A program made the position numbers and the translations under genes. A model generated the notes under the pieces. That model ran no database searches, was not told where the DNA came from, and saw only the letters and a list, made by a program, of their open reading frames with translations. Positions 1 through 11,454 of a DNA stretch of 48,363 bases are shown in pieces. Source of the stretch: Laspinema sp. D2d (GTDB lineage: Bacteria > Cyanobacteriota > Cyanobacteriia > Cyanobacteriales > Laspinemataceae); NCBI RefSeq assembly GCF_025370755.1, contig NZ_JAMXFC010000004.1, positions 209,505 through 257,867 of the forward strand. Direction: 5' to 3'. The stretch's first letter is position 1. Each line of letters starts with the position of its first letter.

Positions 1-3000
1 GCCTTACTCGAAGCGCAACGCATCGCTCATTTGGGAAACTGGTCTTTGAATATGGGCACTCAAAAGCTCGTCTGGTCTGAAGAAACCTTTCGTATTCTCG
101 GATTTGACTCCCACCTCATTGAACCCACTTATCCCAAATTCTTAGAGCGAATTCACCCGGAAGATTTACACCAATTTCCCCGGAATTTTCACGACCTGGT
201 TGCCCTAAAATGGCCCCATGACCATGAATTTCGGGTTCTTTTACCCGATGGCACTGTCCGCTATATTCTCGGTAAAGGACAGCCGATTTTCAATGAATCT
301 GGAGAAAGAGTCGAACTTTTTGGCACATTCCAAGACATCACCGCCACCAAACTGGCCGAACAGGAGTTACGAGAAAGCGAAGAAAAATTCCGACAACTTG
401 CTGAAAATATTCGAGAAGTTTTCTTTATCCTGACCCAATCCGGTGAGATGATTTATGTAAGTCCCGCCTATGAAGAAATTTGGGCCAGGAGTTGCCAGAG
501 TTTATATCAAAATCCTCGGAATTGGTTAGAATCGATTCACCCAGAGGACCGCCCTTATATCCAAAGAAAGTTAATTCGGCAAATTAGCGAAGGAATGGAT
601 TTTGACGAAATTTACCGCATCGTGCAACCCCAGGGAGAAATTCGCTGGATTCGGGCGCGGTCTTTTCCCATTCAAAATCCATCGGGAGAATCCTACCGAT
701 TTGTGGGAATTGCCGAAGATATCACCGATCGCAAACAGGCGGAAGAAGCGGTACAAGAGAGCGAATCCACCCTCCGCAGCTTCTTTAATAGTGCCTCGAT
801 GTTGATGGGAATTGTGGAACTCTATCCCGATGATATTCTACATTTGACTGACAATCTTACCAGCGCCCAATTTTTTGGCACAACCCCCGAAGCGATGAAA
901 AATCGCTTTGCTACAGAGATGGGTGTTCCCCAAGGGGCTTTGGAGATGTGGTTGCTTTACTACCGCGCCGCCCAAGACACAGGAATGCCGGTAAAATTTG
1001 AGTACCGGCATCGAATGCCGGGGGGTGAAAAATGGCTCTCGGCCAGCGTTTGCCCCATTTTTGGAATCACGAGCGATCACCCTCGATTTTCCTACATTGT
1101 GGAAGATATCACCGATCGCAAACAAGCTGAATTCGCCCTTCAAGAACGAGAAAGGATTCTCCGAAATCTCGGAGATAATCTCGATAAAGGGCTGATTTAT
1201 CAGTTAGTCCGAGAACCCGATGGTCGCTATCATTTTGCTTATATTAGTGCCGGAATTAAGCGATTGATCGGCCTAGAACCCGAGGCTATTATCGCAGACG
1301 CCAGCTTATTACACGATCGAATTGTTCCTGAAGATCAACCCGTGAATGCCCAGCTTACGGAAGAATCTTTTCAAAATTTATCTCCCTTCCAAATGCAGAT
1401 GCGGAAGTACACCCAGAATGGAAAAATTCAGTGGTCTCAACTGCGTTCAGTGCCGCGTCGGATGGAGGATGGACGCACCATTTGGGATGGCATTGAAATG
1501 GATATCACGGAACTCAAGCAGATCCAAGAGGAACTACAACAAGCGAAGGAAAAAGCGGAAGCGGCCAACCAAGCAAAAAGTGAATTTTTGGCTAATATGA
1601 GCCATGAAATTCGGACCCCGATGAATGCAATTTTAGGATTTTGTGAATTACTCACTGGGATGATGACTCACCCCCAACAAAAGTCCTATCTTCACACTAT
1701 TGCTACGAGTGGACAAACTTTACTGGCCCTAATTAATGATATTCTGGACCTCTCTAAAATTGAATCCGGGAAGCTGGAGTTGAACTATGAACCTGTATTA
1801 ATTCGCGCTTTAGTGTGGGATATTCAACAGATTTTTTCCCAGAAGGCAGAAGCCAAAGGTCTGGGCATATTTATTGAAATTAGCGAAGCGGTTCCCGATG
1901 GGATTGTATTTGATGAAGTCCGCTTACGGCAAATCCTATTTAATGTGGTGGGTAATGCCTTAAAATTTACAGAATGGGGTTCTATTACGATTCATGTCAA
2001 TGCTGATTTATCCAGAAGTAGCGACCCGTATCACTTGAGTTTAGAGTTAGCCATCTCTGATACAGGAATTGGCATACCCTTGGAGCGCCAAGAGCATATT
2101 TTTGAGGCGTTTATTCAAAATGATGGGACCACAACTCGTAAGTATGGCGGTACCGGGTTGGGGTTAGCGATTACCAAACGACTCACGGAAATGCTGGGAG
2201 GAACAATTCACTTAAGCAGTCAACTCAATCACGGGAGTACCTTTACCTTTGTCTTTCCCGAGGTAGAAATTGCGAGAACCGAGAGGGGTAAGATAGAGTC
2301 TGTTCCTGTAGATGAAAATTTAGAGCAGTTCCAACCGGGAAGAATTTTAATTGTGGATGATGTCCCGTCGAATTTGGAGTTAATTGCGGGGTATTTTGGT
2401 GAAACGAAGCACGAACTACTGTTTGCTCGGGATGGACGGGAAGCCATTGAACAGGCGATCGCCTCCCAACCCCATCTGATTTTACTGGATTTGTGGATGC
2501 CTGAACTCAATGGCATTGAAGTCGCCGAATTTCTCAAAACCCACCCAGAAACCCAACAAATACCGATTGTAGTGGTCACCGCTTCGTCGCGATCCAGTGA
2601 TGAAGCCCTCGTTAAATCCGTATGCCAGGGGTTTCTCCGCAAACCGCTGATGCGATCGCAACTGGTTACCCTTTTAAAGAGTATTTTACCCCAGGAAGAA
2701 GGGGAAAACGCCCTGACCCTTTGTTCACCCATTCTGCCTATTTTGGACAGTGAACAACCCGGCGATCGTGAAGTAGTCGGAAAATTACCTGCATTACTGG
2801 AACAACTCCGCCAGGAAGAAGAAACCACTTGGCCGATGTTGTCTCAAAGCATGAAACGACGTGATTTAAGAAACTTTAGCGATCGCTTGCACGCTTGGGG
2901 GTTAGAATATCAATGTCAGGTACTCTTAGACTATGCGACGACTCTCCAAACCCAGATAGCCGCTTTTGACTGGGAACGCCTGCCTAAAACCCTAGAAAAA

Positions 3001-3030
3001 TTCCCCGAGGTTAGACGCTCATTATCATGA
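1..3030 (+). CDS. Hybrid sensor histidine kinase, 5' end cut by window edge. Three PAS/PAC-like modules, HisKA ([14 protein letters not shown]), HATPase_c (GTGLGLAI) and a C-terminal receiver (ILIVDD...[14 protein letters not shown]) with a roughly 150-aa tail.
   Basis: The frame is open from position 1, and the first start-like codon is TTG at 31. Canonical H-box, N/G1/G2 motifs and the receiver D/K residues are visible in the translation. Confidence 0.9.
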   Translation, partial: ALLEAQRIAHLGNWSLNMGTQKLVWSEETFRILGFDSHLIEPTYPKFLERIHPEDLHQFPRNFHDLVALKWPHDHEFRVLLPDGTVRYILGKGQPIFNESGERVELFGTFQDITATKLAEQELRESEEKFRQLAENIREVFFILTQSGEMIYVSPAYEEIWARSCQSLYQNPRNWLESIHPEDRPYIQRKLIRQISEGMDFDEIYRIVQPQGEIRWIRARSFPIQNPSGESYRFVGIAEDITDRKQAEEAVQESESTLRSFFNSASMLMGIVELYPDDILHLTDNLTSAQFFGTTPEAMKNRFATEMGVPQGALEMWLLYYRAAQDTGMPVKFEYRHRMPGGEKWLSASVCPIFGITSDHPRFSYIVEDITDRKQAEFALQERERILRNLGDNLDKGLIYQLVREPDGRYHFAYISAGIKRLIGLEPEAIIADASLLHDRIVPEDQPVNAQLTEESFQNLSPFQMQMRKYTQNGKIQWSQLRSVPRRMEDGRTIWDGIEMDITELKQIQEELQQAKEKAEAANQAKSEFLANMSHEIRTPMNAILGFCELLTGMMTHPQQKSYLHTIATSGQTLLALINDILDLSKIESGKLELNYEPVLIRALVWDIQQIFSQKAEAKGLGIFIEISEAVPDGIVFDEVRLRQILFNVVGNALKFTEWGSITIHVNADLSRSSDPYHLSLELAISDTGIGIPLERQEHIFEAFIQNDGTTTRKYGGTGLGLAITKRLTEMLGGTIHLSSQLNHGSTFTFVFPEVEIARTERGKIESVPVDENLEQFQPGRILIVDDVPSNLELIAGYFGETKHELLFARDGREAIEQAIASQPHLILLDLWMPELNGIEVAEFLKTHPETQQIPIVVVTASSRSSDEALVKSVCQGFLRKPLMRSQLVTLLKSILPQEEGENALTLCSPILPILDSEQPGDREVVGKLPALLEQLRQEEETTWPMLSQSMKRRDLRNFSDRLHAWGLEYQCQVLLDYATTLQTQIAAFDWERLPKTLEKFPEVRRSLS

Positions 3031-3230
3031 GTCCATCTTTACTGGGGCTGATGGTTCAAATTGAGAAAATCTTGTCCAGGGAATTGATTCCCCAAGCCTC
3101 CCGGGTGGTGGTCTGCCCAACTCAGAGTGCATCCGGTTCCTTGTTCTCAATCAACCCGAACTCCGCTTGTTTAAGGGACTCCCCGGCCAAACCTACCTCT
3201 AACTTTCCCCAATGATGTGGCACTAATTGG

Positions 3231-5330
3231 ATGAGTGCCTTGGGCCGCTGTTTAATTCTTACCCGTCAAATCCCAACTTTTATGTTGCTATTTAAACCCG
3301 AAGATTGTTTAATTTTAGTGGTAGATGACGTCAGACAAAATCTACAGGTCATTGGTGAAATATTAGAATTAGCGGGGTATGAAACCACATTTGCCCCGAG
3401 TGGTCAACAAGCTTTGTCTCGGGTAAAAACCGCCCAGCCGGATTTAATTCTTCTGGATTTAATGATGCCTGAAATGAGCGGAATAGAAGTCTGTGAAATT
3501 TTAAAAAAAGACCCTGATTTTAGCGAAATTCCGATTATTTTTTTAACCGCTAGTAATGAGATAGATAATTTATTGCAAGCTTTTAAAAAGGGAGCAAATG
3601 ATTATATCACCAAACCCTTTCGCTCCGAGGAAATTTTAGTTAGAATTGAAGCTCAGTTAACTAATAAAAAGCTCAAGCAAAAGCTCGAAGAAAAAAATCA
3701 GGAACTGGAGGCAGAAATTGGGGTTCGGCGACGCACGGAAGAATCCCTACAACAGGCCATAGAGTTAGCGAATGCCGCGAATCGGGCCAAAAGTAGCTTT
3801 CTAGCTAATATGAGCCATGAGTTGCGGACTCCTCTGAATGCAATTCTCGGGTTCACTCAGTTGTTGACCCATAGTTCCAACCTCACCCTAGAGCAAAAAA
3901 ATAATTTAAGCATTATTCATCGCAGTGGTGAACATCTTCTCAAGTTAATTAATGATATTTTAGATTTATCAAAAGAGGAAGAAGGGGAAATTACGGTAAC
4001 CCCATTTATCTTAAAAGATATATTGGTCGAACTTCAAGAAGTGTTTGCCCTGAAACTGCGAGAAAAAGGGCTTAAATTAGAAATTTTAGTAGAAAATCGG
4101 GTCCCGACCACCATTGAAAGCGATCGGCTCAAACTCCAGCAAATTTTAACCAACCTCCTGAGTAATGCCATTAAATTTACCTTCTCCGGAGGAATTAAAT
4201 TACGGGTCAATGCCATCTTAGACCCGGAAAAAACATGGTTAAGTTTTGAAGTAACTGATACCGGCATCGGGATCAGTCCCGAGGACCTTAGCAAACTATT
4301 CCAACCATTTGTACAGACGGAAACGGGCCTAGTTAACCCAGAAGGGGCAGGACTTGGGTTAGTGATCTGTCGTAAATATGTGCGCCTGTTAGGGGGAGAA
4401 ATTACCGTCAGTTCGGAACCCAATAGGGGAACTACGTTTAAATTTCAAATTGTTGTGAAGCCCGTAGAACCCAAGCACTCCGATAAAGAGCCCGATCCTA
4501 CCCTCCATCGCATTTTGGTGGCTGATGAGGAAGCCACGAACCGGGAAGTCTTAACCACTATGCTCTCATCCGAAGGATTTGAGGTGAGAGAAGCCAAAAA
4601 TGGTCAAGAAGCCCTAGAAATTTACCACAGTTTTGAACCCCATTTAATCTGGATGGATGTGCGAATATCCCTGGTGGATGGATGCGAAGCCGCCCAACAG
4701 ATTAAAGCAACTTCTAAAACATCCATCCCCCCCATTATCGCCATGACTACCCGGATTGTTGAGAAAGATAAAGACTCGATTTTATTGGCTGGATATGATG
4801 ATTTCCTCGTTAAACCGATTCAAAAATCTCAAGTTTTTGAAAAAATTTTTAAACACTTAGGGGTCCCGGACACTTTTGAAAAAATCCCGCCTAGTGAAAG
4901 TAATCAGTTGCGTTGGAAAAATTTCAAAAAATTACCTACGTCCATGCTTTGTGACCTAGAATATGCAACTTTAGCCCTGGATGATGACCGACTCGATCGC
5001 TTGCTTCCAGAAATTCCCCCAGAATGCGGCGAATTAGAACAAAATATTCGAGATTGTCTGGAAAATTTTGAGTATCAAATTATTTTGGATGCGATTAAAT
5101 CGGCTAAAATTGAACGGTTTGCCCACTCCCACTTGATCAGTGAATGGATGATGCAGATGACCCAGGCGGTCCATACGGCTGATCTCAGTGAAATCAAGGA
5201 ACTGATTGCTCGACTCCAACCACAAAATAGCGCATTAGCTAACCAGTTAGAATATCATTTAGGGAATTTAGATTATCAAAATATTCTCCGGGCGATCGCA
5301 GACTTGGAGGAAACCCAATCTCCAGATTAA
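3231..5330 (+). CDS. Hybrid histidine kinase/response regulator with REC-HisKA-HATPase-REC and a roughly 170-aa C-terminal tail. The true start is probably the ATG at 3282 (MLLFKPEDCLILVVDD).
   Basis: Motifs present: N-terminal receiver (LILLDLMMPEMSGIEV), H-box SHELRTPLNAILGF, G-boxes GAGLGLVICRKY, second receiver (ILVADEE...WMDVRISLVDG). The N-terminal half is noticeably AT-rich. Confidence 0.9.
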   Translation: MSALGRCLILTRQIPTFMLLFKPEDCLILVVDDVRQNLQVIGEILELAGYETTFAPSGQQALSRVKTAQPDLILLDLMMPEMSGIEVCEILKKDPDFSEIPIIFLTASNEIDNLLQAFKKGANDYITKPFRSEEILVRIEAQLTNKKLKQKLEEKNQELEAEIGVRRRTEESLQQAIELANAANRAKSSFLANMSHELRTPLNAILGFTQLLTHSSNLTLEQKNNLSIIHRSGEHLLKLINDILDLSKEEEGEITVTPFILKDILVELQEVFALKLREKGLKLEILVENRVPTTIESDRLKLQQILTNLLSNAIKFTFSGGIKLRVNAILDPEKTWLSFEVTDTGIGISPEDLSKLFQPFVQTETGLVNPEGAGLGLVICRKYVRLLGGEITVSSEPNRGTTFKFQIVVKPVEPKHSDKEPDPTLHRILVADEEATNREVLTTMLSSEGFEVREAKNGQEALEIYHSFEPHLIWMDVRISLVDGCEAAQQIKATSKTSIPPIIAMTTRIVEKDKDSILLAGYDDFLVKPIQKSQVFEKIFKHLGVPDTFEKIPPSESNQLRWKNFKKLPTSMLCDLEYATLALDDDRLDRLLPEIPPECGELEQNIRDCLENFEYQIILDAIKSAKIERFAHSHLISEWMMQMTQAVHTADLSEIKELIARLQPQNSALANQLEYHLGNLDYQNILRAIADLEETQSPD

Positions 5331-5435
5331 TTCCGCTCATCCGGCTTTCAGCCTCCTCTTTCTATTCCCCTCTTTACCCGCTAAATCTTGGAGAAAATTC
5401 AGTGGATTGCTTTGGGGTCTAATCATCTGGAAAGG

Positions 5436-6719
5436 TTAATGGTTAGATGGCTCTAAATTTAAACGCTTCCCCTCCAATTCCCAAGTTGTGATTGCAGGTT
5501 GAGTTTGAGCGATTAATCGGCCTCGCACCATGACATATCTCACCGGAGGCCGACGGCGTAAAACCTCAAATTTACTATCCGCTTGCCAGATAATTAAATT
5601 GGCCGGTTTGCCAATTTCTAAACCATAATTATCTTCAATTTGTAAGGTTTTTGCGCCGTGAGTGGTAACCATATCATAACAGGCATTGATTTCCTCAATT
5701 CCAGTCATCTGGCAAACATGAAGCGCCATGTAAGCCACATCCAGCATATTTCCGGTCCCTAAACTGTACCAGGGGTCCTGAATACAGTCCTGGCCTAAAG
5801 AGACATTTAAACCGTTTTGCCATAATTCTTTGACTCGGGTGATGCCCCGTCGTTTGGGATAAGTATCGGTGCGTCCTTGGAGAGTAATATTAATTAAAGG
5901 ATTCGCCACAAAGTTAATCTGCGATCGCCTCAAAAATCCCATCAATTTATTCGCATAAGCGTTATTATAAGACCCAAAAGCTGTCGTATGAGAAGCCGTG
6001 ACTCGCTCACCGAGGCCACTGCGAATGGCACAAGCGGCTACCACTTCCAGAAAGCGCGACTGGTCATCATCTATTTCATCGCAGTGAATATCAATCAGTC
6101 GCTCATACTGTTGCGCCAGTTCAAAGATCCGATGCACCGATCGCACTCCATCCTCCCGGGTCAATTCATAGTGGGGAATCCCACCCACCACATCCGCACC
6201 CAGTTTTAATGCTTCTTCCAGCAATTCTGCCGTCTGGACCTCTCCGTAAATCCCATCTTGGGGAAATGCGACCACTTGCAAGGTCATACAGTCTTGAATC
6301 GCCTCTCTCACTTCTAACAGGGTCTGTAATGCCGTGAGGTCTGGCGTACTCACATCAACATGAGTACGAACGAATAACACCCCCTGGGATGCCAATTGTT
6401 TCAAGGTTGCCATCGCCCGTTGCTTGACATCCGCCCGGGTCAATTGGGGCTTACGTTCCCCCCAAATTTGAATTCCCTCAAATAACGTACCGCTTTGATT
6501 GTACCGGGGTTCTCCGGCAGTTAAGGCAGAATCTAAATGAATGTGAGATTCAACCAACGGAGGACTAACCAAGTGACCCTGAACATTCAGTTCACGAGGG
6601 GCCTCTCTGGGAAGTTGGGGGGCGATCGCTGCGATCCGCCCCTCTTCCACCTGAATATCCACCTGTTCCCCAGTGAGTAAGCGACAGTCTCGCAAGATTA
6701 AGCGATCGCCCTCTATCAT
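5436..6719 (-). CDS. codA: Cytosine deaminase-type amidohydrolase (CodA-like)
   Basis: The segment SHIHLDSALTAGEPRYNQSGTLFEGIQIWGERK ... HCDEIDDDQSRF ... TASHTTA ... PKRRGITRVKEL matches the metal-binding HxH/H/D architecture and long blocks of enterobacterial CodA as I remember it. Confidence 0.85.
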   Translation of the reverse strand: MIEGDRLILRDCRLLTGEQVDIQVEEGRIAAIAPQLPREAPRELNVQGHLVSPPLVESHIHLDSALTAGEPRYNQSGTLFEGIQIWGERKPQLTRADVKQRAMATLKQLASQGVLFVRTHVDVSTPDLTALQTLLEVREAIQDCMTLQVVAFPQDGIYGEVQTAELLEEALKLGADVVGGIPHYELTREDGVRSVHRIFELAQQYERLIDIHCDEIDDDQSRFLEVVAACAIRSGLGERVTASHTTAFGSYNNAYANKLMGFLRRSQINFVANPLINITLQGRTDTYPKRRGITRVKELWQNGLNVSLGQDCIQDPWYSLGTGNMLDVAYMALHVCQMTGIEEINACYDMVTTHGAKTLQIEDNYGLEIGKPANLIIWQADSKFEVLRRRPPVRYVMVRGRLIAQTQPAITTWELEGKRLNLEPSNH

Positions 6720-6816
6720 GTTTTATCCCTGGATTGGCTAATTTTTTTCTAATGATGCTTTAATTCCGGTGACTCTTCGCCACTGGATAAATTTTGGCTG
6801 GATGAATGCCCACGGA

Positions 6817-7809
6817 TTAATCATACCAATCTTGCCGAACCATTGGTTCAGTAATTAAGACTAATAATCCTAAAATGACAATCACTAAAGCAAAGATTTG
6901 TTTAAGATTCAAAAAATCCTGAATCAAGATTGAACCCAAGAGAACAAACCATGCCGGGACACTGGCGATCGCGATCGCCCCCCGAGTCACTCCAGCGAGT
7001 AAAATGCCGTATGCAGTGAAGGAATAACCGACTAGAGTTAACATCCCTAAAATTAGACTCCCGACTATCAGACGGGGTAACTCCGAGAGTGGCATCGCGA
7101 TCGCAGTCCCGGGTAACGGGAAGATTAAACTCAGGGACGCAAATCCCAACAGGGTTGCCAAGGCGATCGCACTAAAAGGGAGGGGATGAAGCGATCGCGT
7201 CCCTCGATAGGTCAACAGCAAAGAACTCGCAAAGGCAATCCCCCCAACAATACCCGCCAAAATTCCCAAAAACCCTTGGATAGGAGTTGCCGCAAACATA
7301 GCCGGAACTTTTAAGGCGAATAAACTCCCAATAGTGACAATAGTCATCGCCGTAATCCGAGTTTGATGGGGACGATATCCCCAGAATTTCCAGGCCCCAA
7401 GGGTAGTTAAAATGGGATAGATCAGGAAAAATCCCACGACGACCCCAGCGGGAATTTGCCAACAGCCAATCGCGATCGCCTCCCACGCTACAAACAGGGA
7501 GAATCCACTCAGAATGGCAATCTTTAAGACCTTAGTATTTTCTCTTCGGAATATCTTTTTGAGGTCTTCTCCCAGTTGGGGATAATAAAATTTTCCCAGC
7601 ATCGGAATTCCCGCAACAGAGGCGAGGGTCTGTATCCAAAAAATTAACTGCCAATTCCCCGGCGTCTGCGGAAGCAATCCGCCCCATTCAATCGTTCCGA
7701 AGATGAATTTTTCCTGGAACATTATTCCGACGAAAATGGGAAACAAAGCTAACTGAACCGCAGCCAGCATCAGCAGCCATAAACCCGACTGAATATAAGA
7801 GGATCGCAT
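6817..7809 (-). CDS. Polytopic membrane protein with about 10 TM segments, possibly a DMT/EamA-type permease
   Basis: Hydrophobic segments run throughout and the two halves look similar. I saw no catalytic motifs. Confidence 0.55.
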   Translation of the reverse strand: MRSSYIQSGLWLLMLAAVQLALFPIFVGIMFQEKFIFGTIEWGGLLPQTPGNWQLIFWIQTLASVAGIPMLGKFYYPQLGEDLKKIFRRENTKVLKIAILSGFSLFVAWEAIAIGCWQIPAGVVVGFFLIYPILTTLGAWKFWGYRPHQTRITAMTIVTIGSLFALKVPAMFAATPIQGFLGILAGIVGGIAFASSLLLTYRGTRSLHPLPFSAIALATLLGFASLSLIFPLPGTAIAMPLSELPRLIVGSLILGMLTLVGYSFTAYGILLAGVTRGAIAIASVPAWFVLLGSILIQDFLNLKQIFALVIVILGLLVLITEPMVRQDWYD

Positions 7810-8121
7810 AGTAAATTGGCAGGATTTGAGTGATTTTCATGCCCTAAATTAGGCCAGTTTAGCAAGGGGAGTTGAGGGGAGCAATCCGGAATGAGGGCTA
7901 AGGTTTAATTCCTAGGGGGCTTTGTAGAATTTGGCAAGAAGTTTAATGCAAACTGTCCAAAAAATTGGCAGTAAAAACCCAGTTTCTTGTCTTTTAGCTT
8001 TAAAATTGTATCGGCACTCTCCTCTTCAGTTCTTGCCCCTACTCAGAAATGTTGTAAAGCCACCTTGTTAATTGTCCCCTTGATGGAATCGGGTATCCAT
8101 CCTTTTAGTCTCTCAACGAAT

Positions 8122-8556
8122 TTATTCTAAACCCTGACTCCGGACTTCTATACCACTGATGCCCTGAAGCACTGCCCCTGTAAAGTCCGTACCCGTAATA
8201 TTAGCACTAACTAAAATCGCATCAAGCAAATTTGTCCCGCTAAGATTGGCATAACTGAGGTTGGCACTAAACAAATTCGTCTCAATCAAAATAGCATTTT
8301 GAAGGTCAGCAGCGGTTAAATTGGCACTCATAAGATTGGCGTAAGTGAGAGTGGCTTCTCGCAAATTGGCACCCATTAAATCCGCACCCCGTAAATCTAA
8401 GCCGGTGAGGTCGGCCCCACTGAGGTCACAGTTGCGACATTCATTCCCGGTTTGTAGCTGCAAGAGGTGTTCGGGGTTCGCACTGCAAGCCAGATTGGGG
8501 AATATCCCCAGTTGAATCAATCCAACGGCTGTTGCTACTGTCATTTGTTTTAACAT
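8122..8556 (-). CDS. Secreted pentapeptide-repeat protein
   Basis: N-terminal signal peptide followed by A(D/N)LxG pentapeptide repeats (ADLTGLDLRGADLMGANLREATLTYANL...). Confidence 0.85.
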   Translation of the reverse strand: MLKQMTVATAVGLIQLGIFPNLACSANPEHLLQLQTGNECRNCDLSGADLTGLDLRGADLMGANLREATLTYANLMSANLTAADLQNAILIETNLFSANLSYANLSGTNLLDAILVSANITGTDFTGAVLQGISGIEVRSQGLE

Positions 8557-8599
8557 TGCTTGACCCTGAATAAGAGGGAAACGAACTGACTTTTTTCCT

Positions 8600-10342
8600 C
8601 TAAGTTAAATCAGTTTCAGTGGGAAAAACTGGATTTTGTGCCAGTTTTTCATGAAGGCGGTTCCGTTTGTCGATCGCATCGGTACAGGTGGGATCAACTT
8701 CCAGGGCCACGCCGTAGGATCGGGCCGCTTCGGGATAGCGATGCAATTTCTCCAAGCATTCTCCTCGGCGCAACCAAGCTGGGGAATGGGTGGGTTTCAT
8801 TTGGATCACCGTATCATAAGCACCGATCGCCTGGGGATATTGACCAATTTTACTTAGAACCCGCCCTCGTTTCATCCAGGGTTCATAATGGTTAGGCCAG
8901 ATAGCGATCGCCTGGTCATAGGCCACAATTGCATCAATATACCGCTGGGCTAAAGAGAGTAAATCCCCCCGTTTCATCCAGGCTTGAGCATCGTTGGGTT
9001 TAACTTCCAGCACTTTCCCAAAGGCATCGAGAGCTTCAGTATAGCGTTCGAGTTTTTCCAACACTTCGGACCGCTTCACCCAGGACCGATAAAGAAACAT
9101 CGGTTCTTGGGTCACTTGGACGACTTTTTCATAAGCAATTAAGGCTTCTTCATATCGTTGAAGTTGCTCTAAAGCCAGTCCTCGGTGATACCAAGCTTCG
9201 GGAAAATTGGGCTGAATTTGAAGGGCATTGCTCAGGGCTTGAATGGCATCTTTATAGCGGCCTAGCCCATACAAAGCCATGCCCCGACCCAACCAAGCTG
9301 TGGATAAATTGGGATTAATTTTAGTGGCTTGGTCAAAGGAACTTAAGGCGACTTCATACTGACCGGCATCCGAGAGGGCGATGCCACGATTCATCCAAGC
9401 TTCGGGCCAATTGGGATGTAATTCAATCGCTTTATCAAAACAGCCGATCGCCGCTTCTACCCATTGATGTTTGAGGGCACGGCCTTTATAAAACCAAACT
9501 AAGGGATTGCTGGGGGCGAATTGAATTACCCGATCAAAGGAGACGACGGCATCGGTATAGCGTTGCAACTTTTCCAAGCTGACTCCGCGATTAAACCAGG
9601 ATGCGGCATTCTCTGGGACGAGTTGCAGGGTGCGATCGTAAGCGGTGATGGCTTCGGTGTAGCGCTGTAGGCGATCGAGGGCAACTCCTTGATTAAACCA
9701 AGCGGCTGGATTTTGGGGGTCCAGGGCAACGGCTTGTTCCAGGGATGCTAAGGCCAATTCTGGGCGATCGAGGGCTAGGAAAGTTAGAGCTCGGTAATAC
9801 CATCCGCCAGAGAGTTTAGGTTTGAGTTTGACGACTTTATTAAAGGCAGTAACGGCGGCTTTATATTGTTGGAGTTCTAAGAGCGATCGCCCTCGAAAAT
9901 ACCAGGCTTCATATTGATTACTATTAATTTGAATGCTTTGATCAAAAGAAGCCAAGGCTTCCTGATATCGGTTTAGGTGAAACAGACACCGACCTCGGAA
10001 GGTCCAGCCCCAATAGTCATCGGGGTTGACTTGAATCGCCCCATCATAACCAGCGATCGCCTCTTCATAGCGATGTAAATTCATCAGGGCCGTGCCGCGT
10101 TTCAGTAAAGCCCGATGCATGGTGGGCTTTTTTTGAATCGCTCTATCATAAAAGCCGACGGCCCCGGCATAATTTTTTTGTTCATACAGTCGATTCCCCC
10201 GTTCATAGTCAGAACCCGCTCCCAGCAAGTGGTTGACCCAGGACCACACCGGGGCAATCGGTCTCGCCGGAGGTGAACTTTCCGGGGGCGATGGGGGTGG
10301 GGTTAACCCTTCGGGGGGCTGCAATTCGTCAAATTGGGTCAT
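8600..10342 (-). CDS. TPR-repeat protein with at least 12 TPR units and a Pro-rich N-terminus
   Basis: Recurring 34-aa units carry the W-x2-G-x2-L ... Y-x-(E/D)A-(I/L)-x-x-(F/Y)-(D/E)-x-A-(I/L) signature. Confidence 0.85.
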   Translation of the reverse strand: MTQFDELQPPEGLTPPPSPPESSPPARPIAPVWSWVNHLLGAGSDYERGNRLYEQKNYAGAVGFYDRAIQKKPTMHRALLKRGTALMNLHRYEEAIAGYDGAIQVNPDDYWGWTFRGRCLFHLNRYQEALASFDQSIQINSNQYEAWYFRGRSLLELQQYKAAVTAFNKVVKLKPKLSGGWYYRALTFLALDRPELALASLEQAVALDPQNPAAWFNQGVALDRLQRYTEAITAYDRTLQLVPENAASWFNRGVSLEKLQRYTDAVVSFDRVIQFAPSNPLVWFYKGRALKHQWVEAAIGCFDKAIELHPNWPEAWMNRGIALSDAGQYEVALSSFDQATKINPNLSTAWLGRGMALYGLGRYKDAIQALSNALQIQPNFPEAWYHRGLALEQLQRYEEALIAYEKVVQVTQEPMFLYRSWVKRSEVLEKLERYTEALDAFGKVLEVKPNDAQAWMKRGDLLSLAQRYIDAIVAYDQAIAIWPNHYEPWMKRGRVLSKIGQYPQAIGAYDTVIQMKPTHSPAWLRRGECLEKLHRYPEAARSYGVALEVDPTCTDAIDKRNRLHEKLAQNPVFPTETDLT

Positions 10343-10583
10343 AATTAACGAGGGCTAGGTTCTCAAAAATCGGTGATTAATCCAGGGTAATGAGCTTAAA
10401 CGACTGAGCAAAGCTGAACCGGCTGCTGATCTCTCCTTAATTTTGACATATAAAGACCCCTTCCTTTGCTCTAGGACTTCACTTCACTAGCAGCCAGAGA
10501 AACCGCGTCAGTTTACTCATTTTTGGGTCTTGTCGTTATGGGACCGATGGTCTAGTTGCCATTGTTTGCCCCATAAAAGCCCA

Positions 10584-10616
10584 TAAAAAAATATCCCCCC
10601 GATGGGAGATATTTTA
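10584..10616 (-). terminator. Rho-independent terminator downstream of the DUF4278 gene
   Basis: On the minus strand: hairpin AAAATATCTCCC-ATCG-GGGGGGATATTTT followed by a T7 run. Confidence 0.6.
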
Positions 10617-10685
10617 AGCGGTTAAGTTGTTGAGAATTTATACTCAGCCTTTAGCGAACCAGGCTGGGTCTCAAATTACTTTCCC

Positions 10686-11009
10686 TTAATGGGCAAGAAC
10701 CGGGATGCTCTTGAGTTCAGCCGTCAACCGGCTCAACATGGACCGCTGACGTTTTGCCCCTTTGACTTGCCGATCCATCATCAGACGGCGCGCTTGTTCC
10801 GGTGTCGAGGGATTTGCGGACTGCGGTTCACCAGTGGTCAACGCAACGCCCCGATACTTCAGTTCCACGGTTGCTTGTTGAACCGGCGCTTTCTTCTGAT
10901 TGCAAAATTTCCAATCTAACCCGCGATATTTACCAGCCAGTTCGCCTTCGGTAACATCAACTTCGGCGGGAGTATATTCGTAAGTGGTGCCACGATATGA
11001 AAGTTTCAT
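10686..11009 (-). CDS. DUF4278-family small protein
   Basis: The N-terminus MKLSYRGTTYEY is the hallmark of cyanobacterial DUF4278 proteins. A GGAGG RBS sits upstream. Confidence 0.75.
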   Translation of the reverse strand: MKLSYRGTTYEYTPAEVDVTEGELAGKYRGLDWKFCNQKKAPVQQATVELKYRGVALTTGEPQSANPSTPEQARRLMMDRQVKGAKRQRSMLSRLTAELKSIPVLAH

Positions 11010-11454
11010 GTTTTTCGCCTCCTAAATAGAGTCTTGTTTGTAGGTTGAGGCGCGTTCCTTCGGGAGTGACTCCCTACTTCCGTCCCTTGCCAGTTTCATG
11101 CCGTTCAGAGATGAACTGGCTTGTGGTTAGGGATGAACGATTTACTTTCTGTATTCATTGTTACCGTTTGAAACTGAAATGTCAAGAGTTTTTCAATTTT
11201 TTTTGACAAAATACCTCTTAAGGCATAGGGTGAACTCTATTGACTAAGCTGAAACATCTGTAGGGTGGGCATTTGGGAGGTTTTGGAGAGCCTTTACCCC
11301 CACCCCGGAGGTTTTCAGAGACTCCGACCCCCACGAAACCCTCCTGACTGCAACCGGGTCATCTGCCTTCATCAGAGTAGGGGGATTGCAAAGCAAGCCC
11401 CTGTTCCGGGTAATCTCAAGCCTTGACATGATTCAACAGAGGAGAAACCTGATC

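Noticed and set aside
218-5225. Many 60-200-aa ORFs nested inside or antisense to the kinase genes (e.g. 2229-2828 on the minus strand, 4034-4423 on the minus strand)
   Set aside because: They lie entirely within well-supported long CDSs in alternative frames and have skewed composition, so they are typical shadow ORFs.
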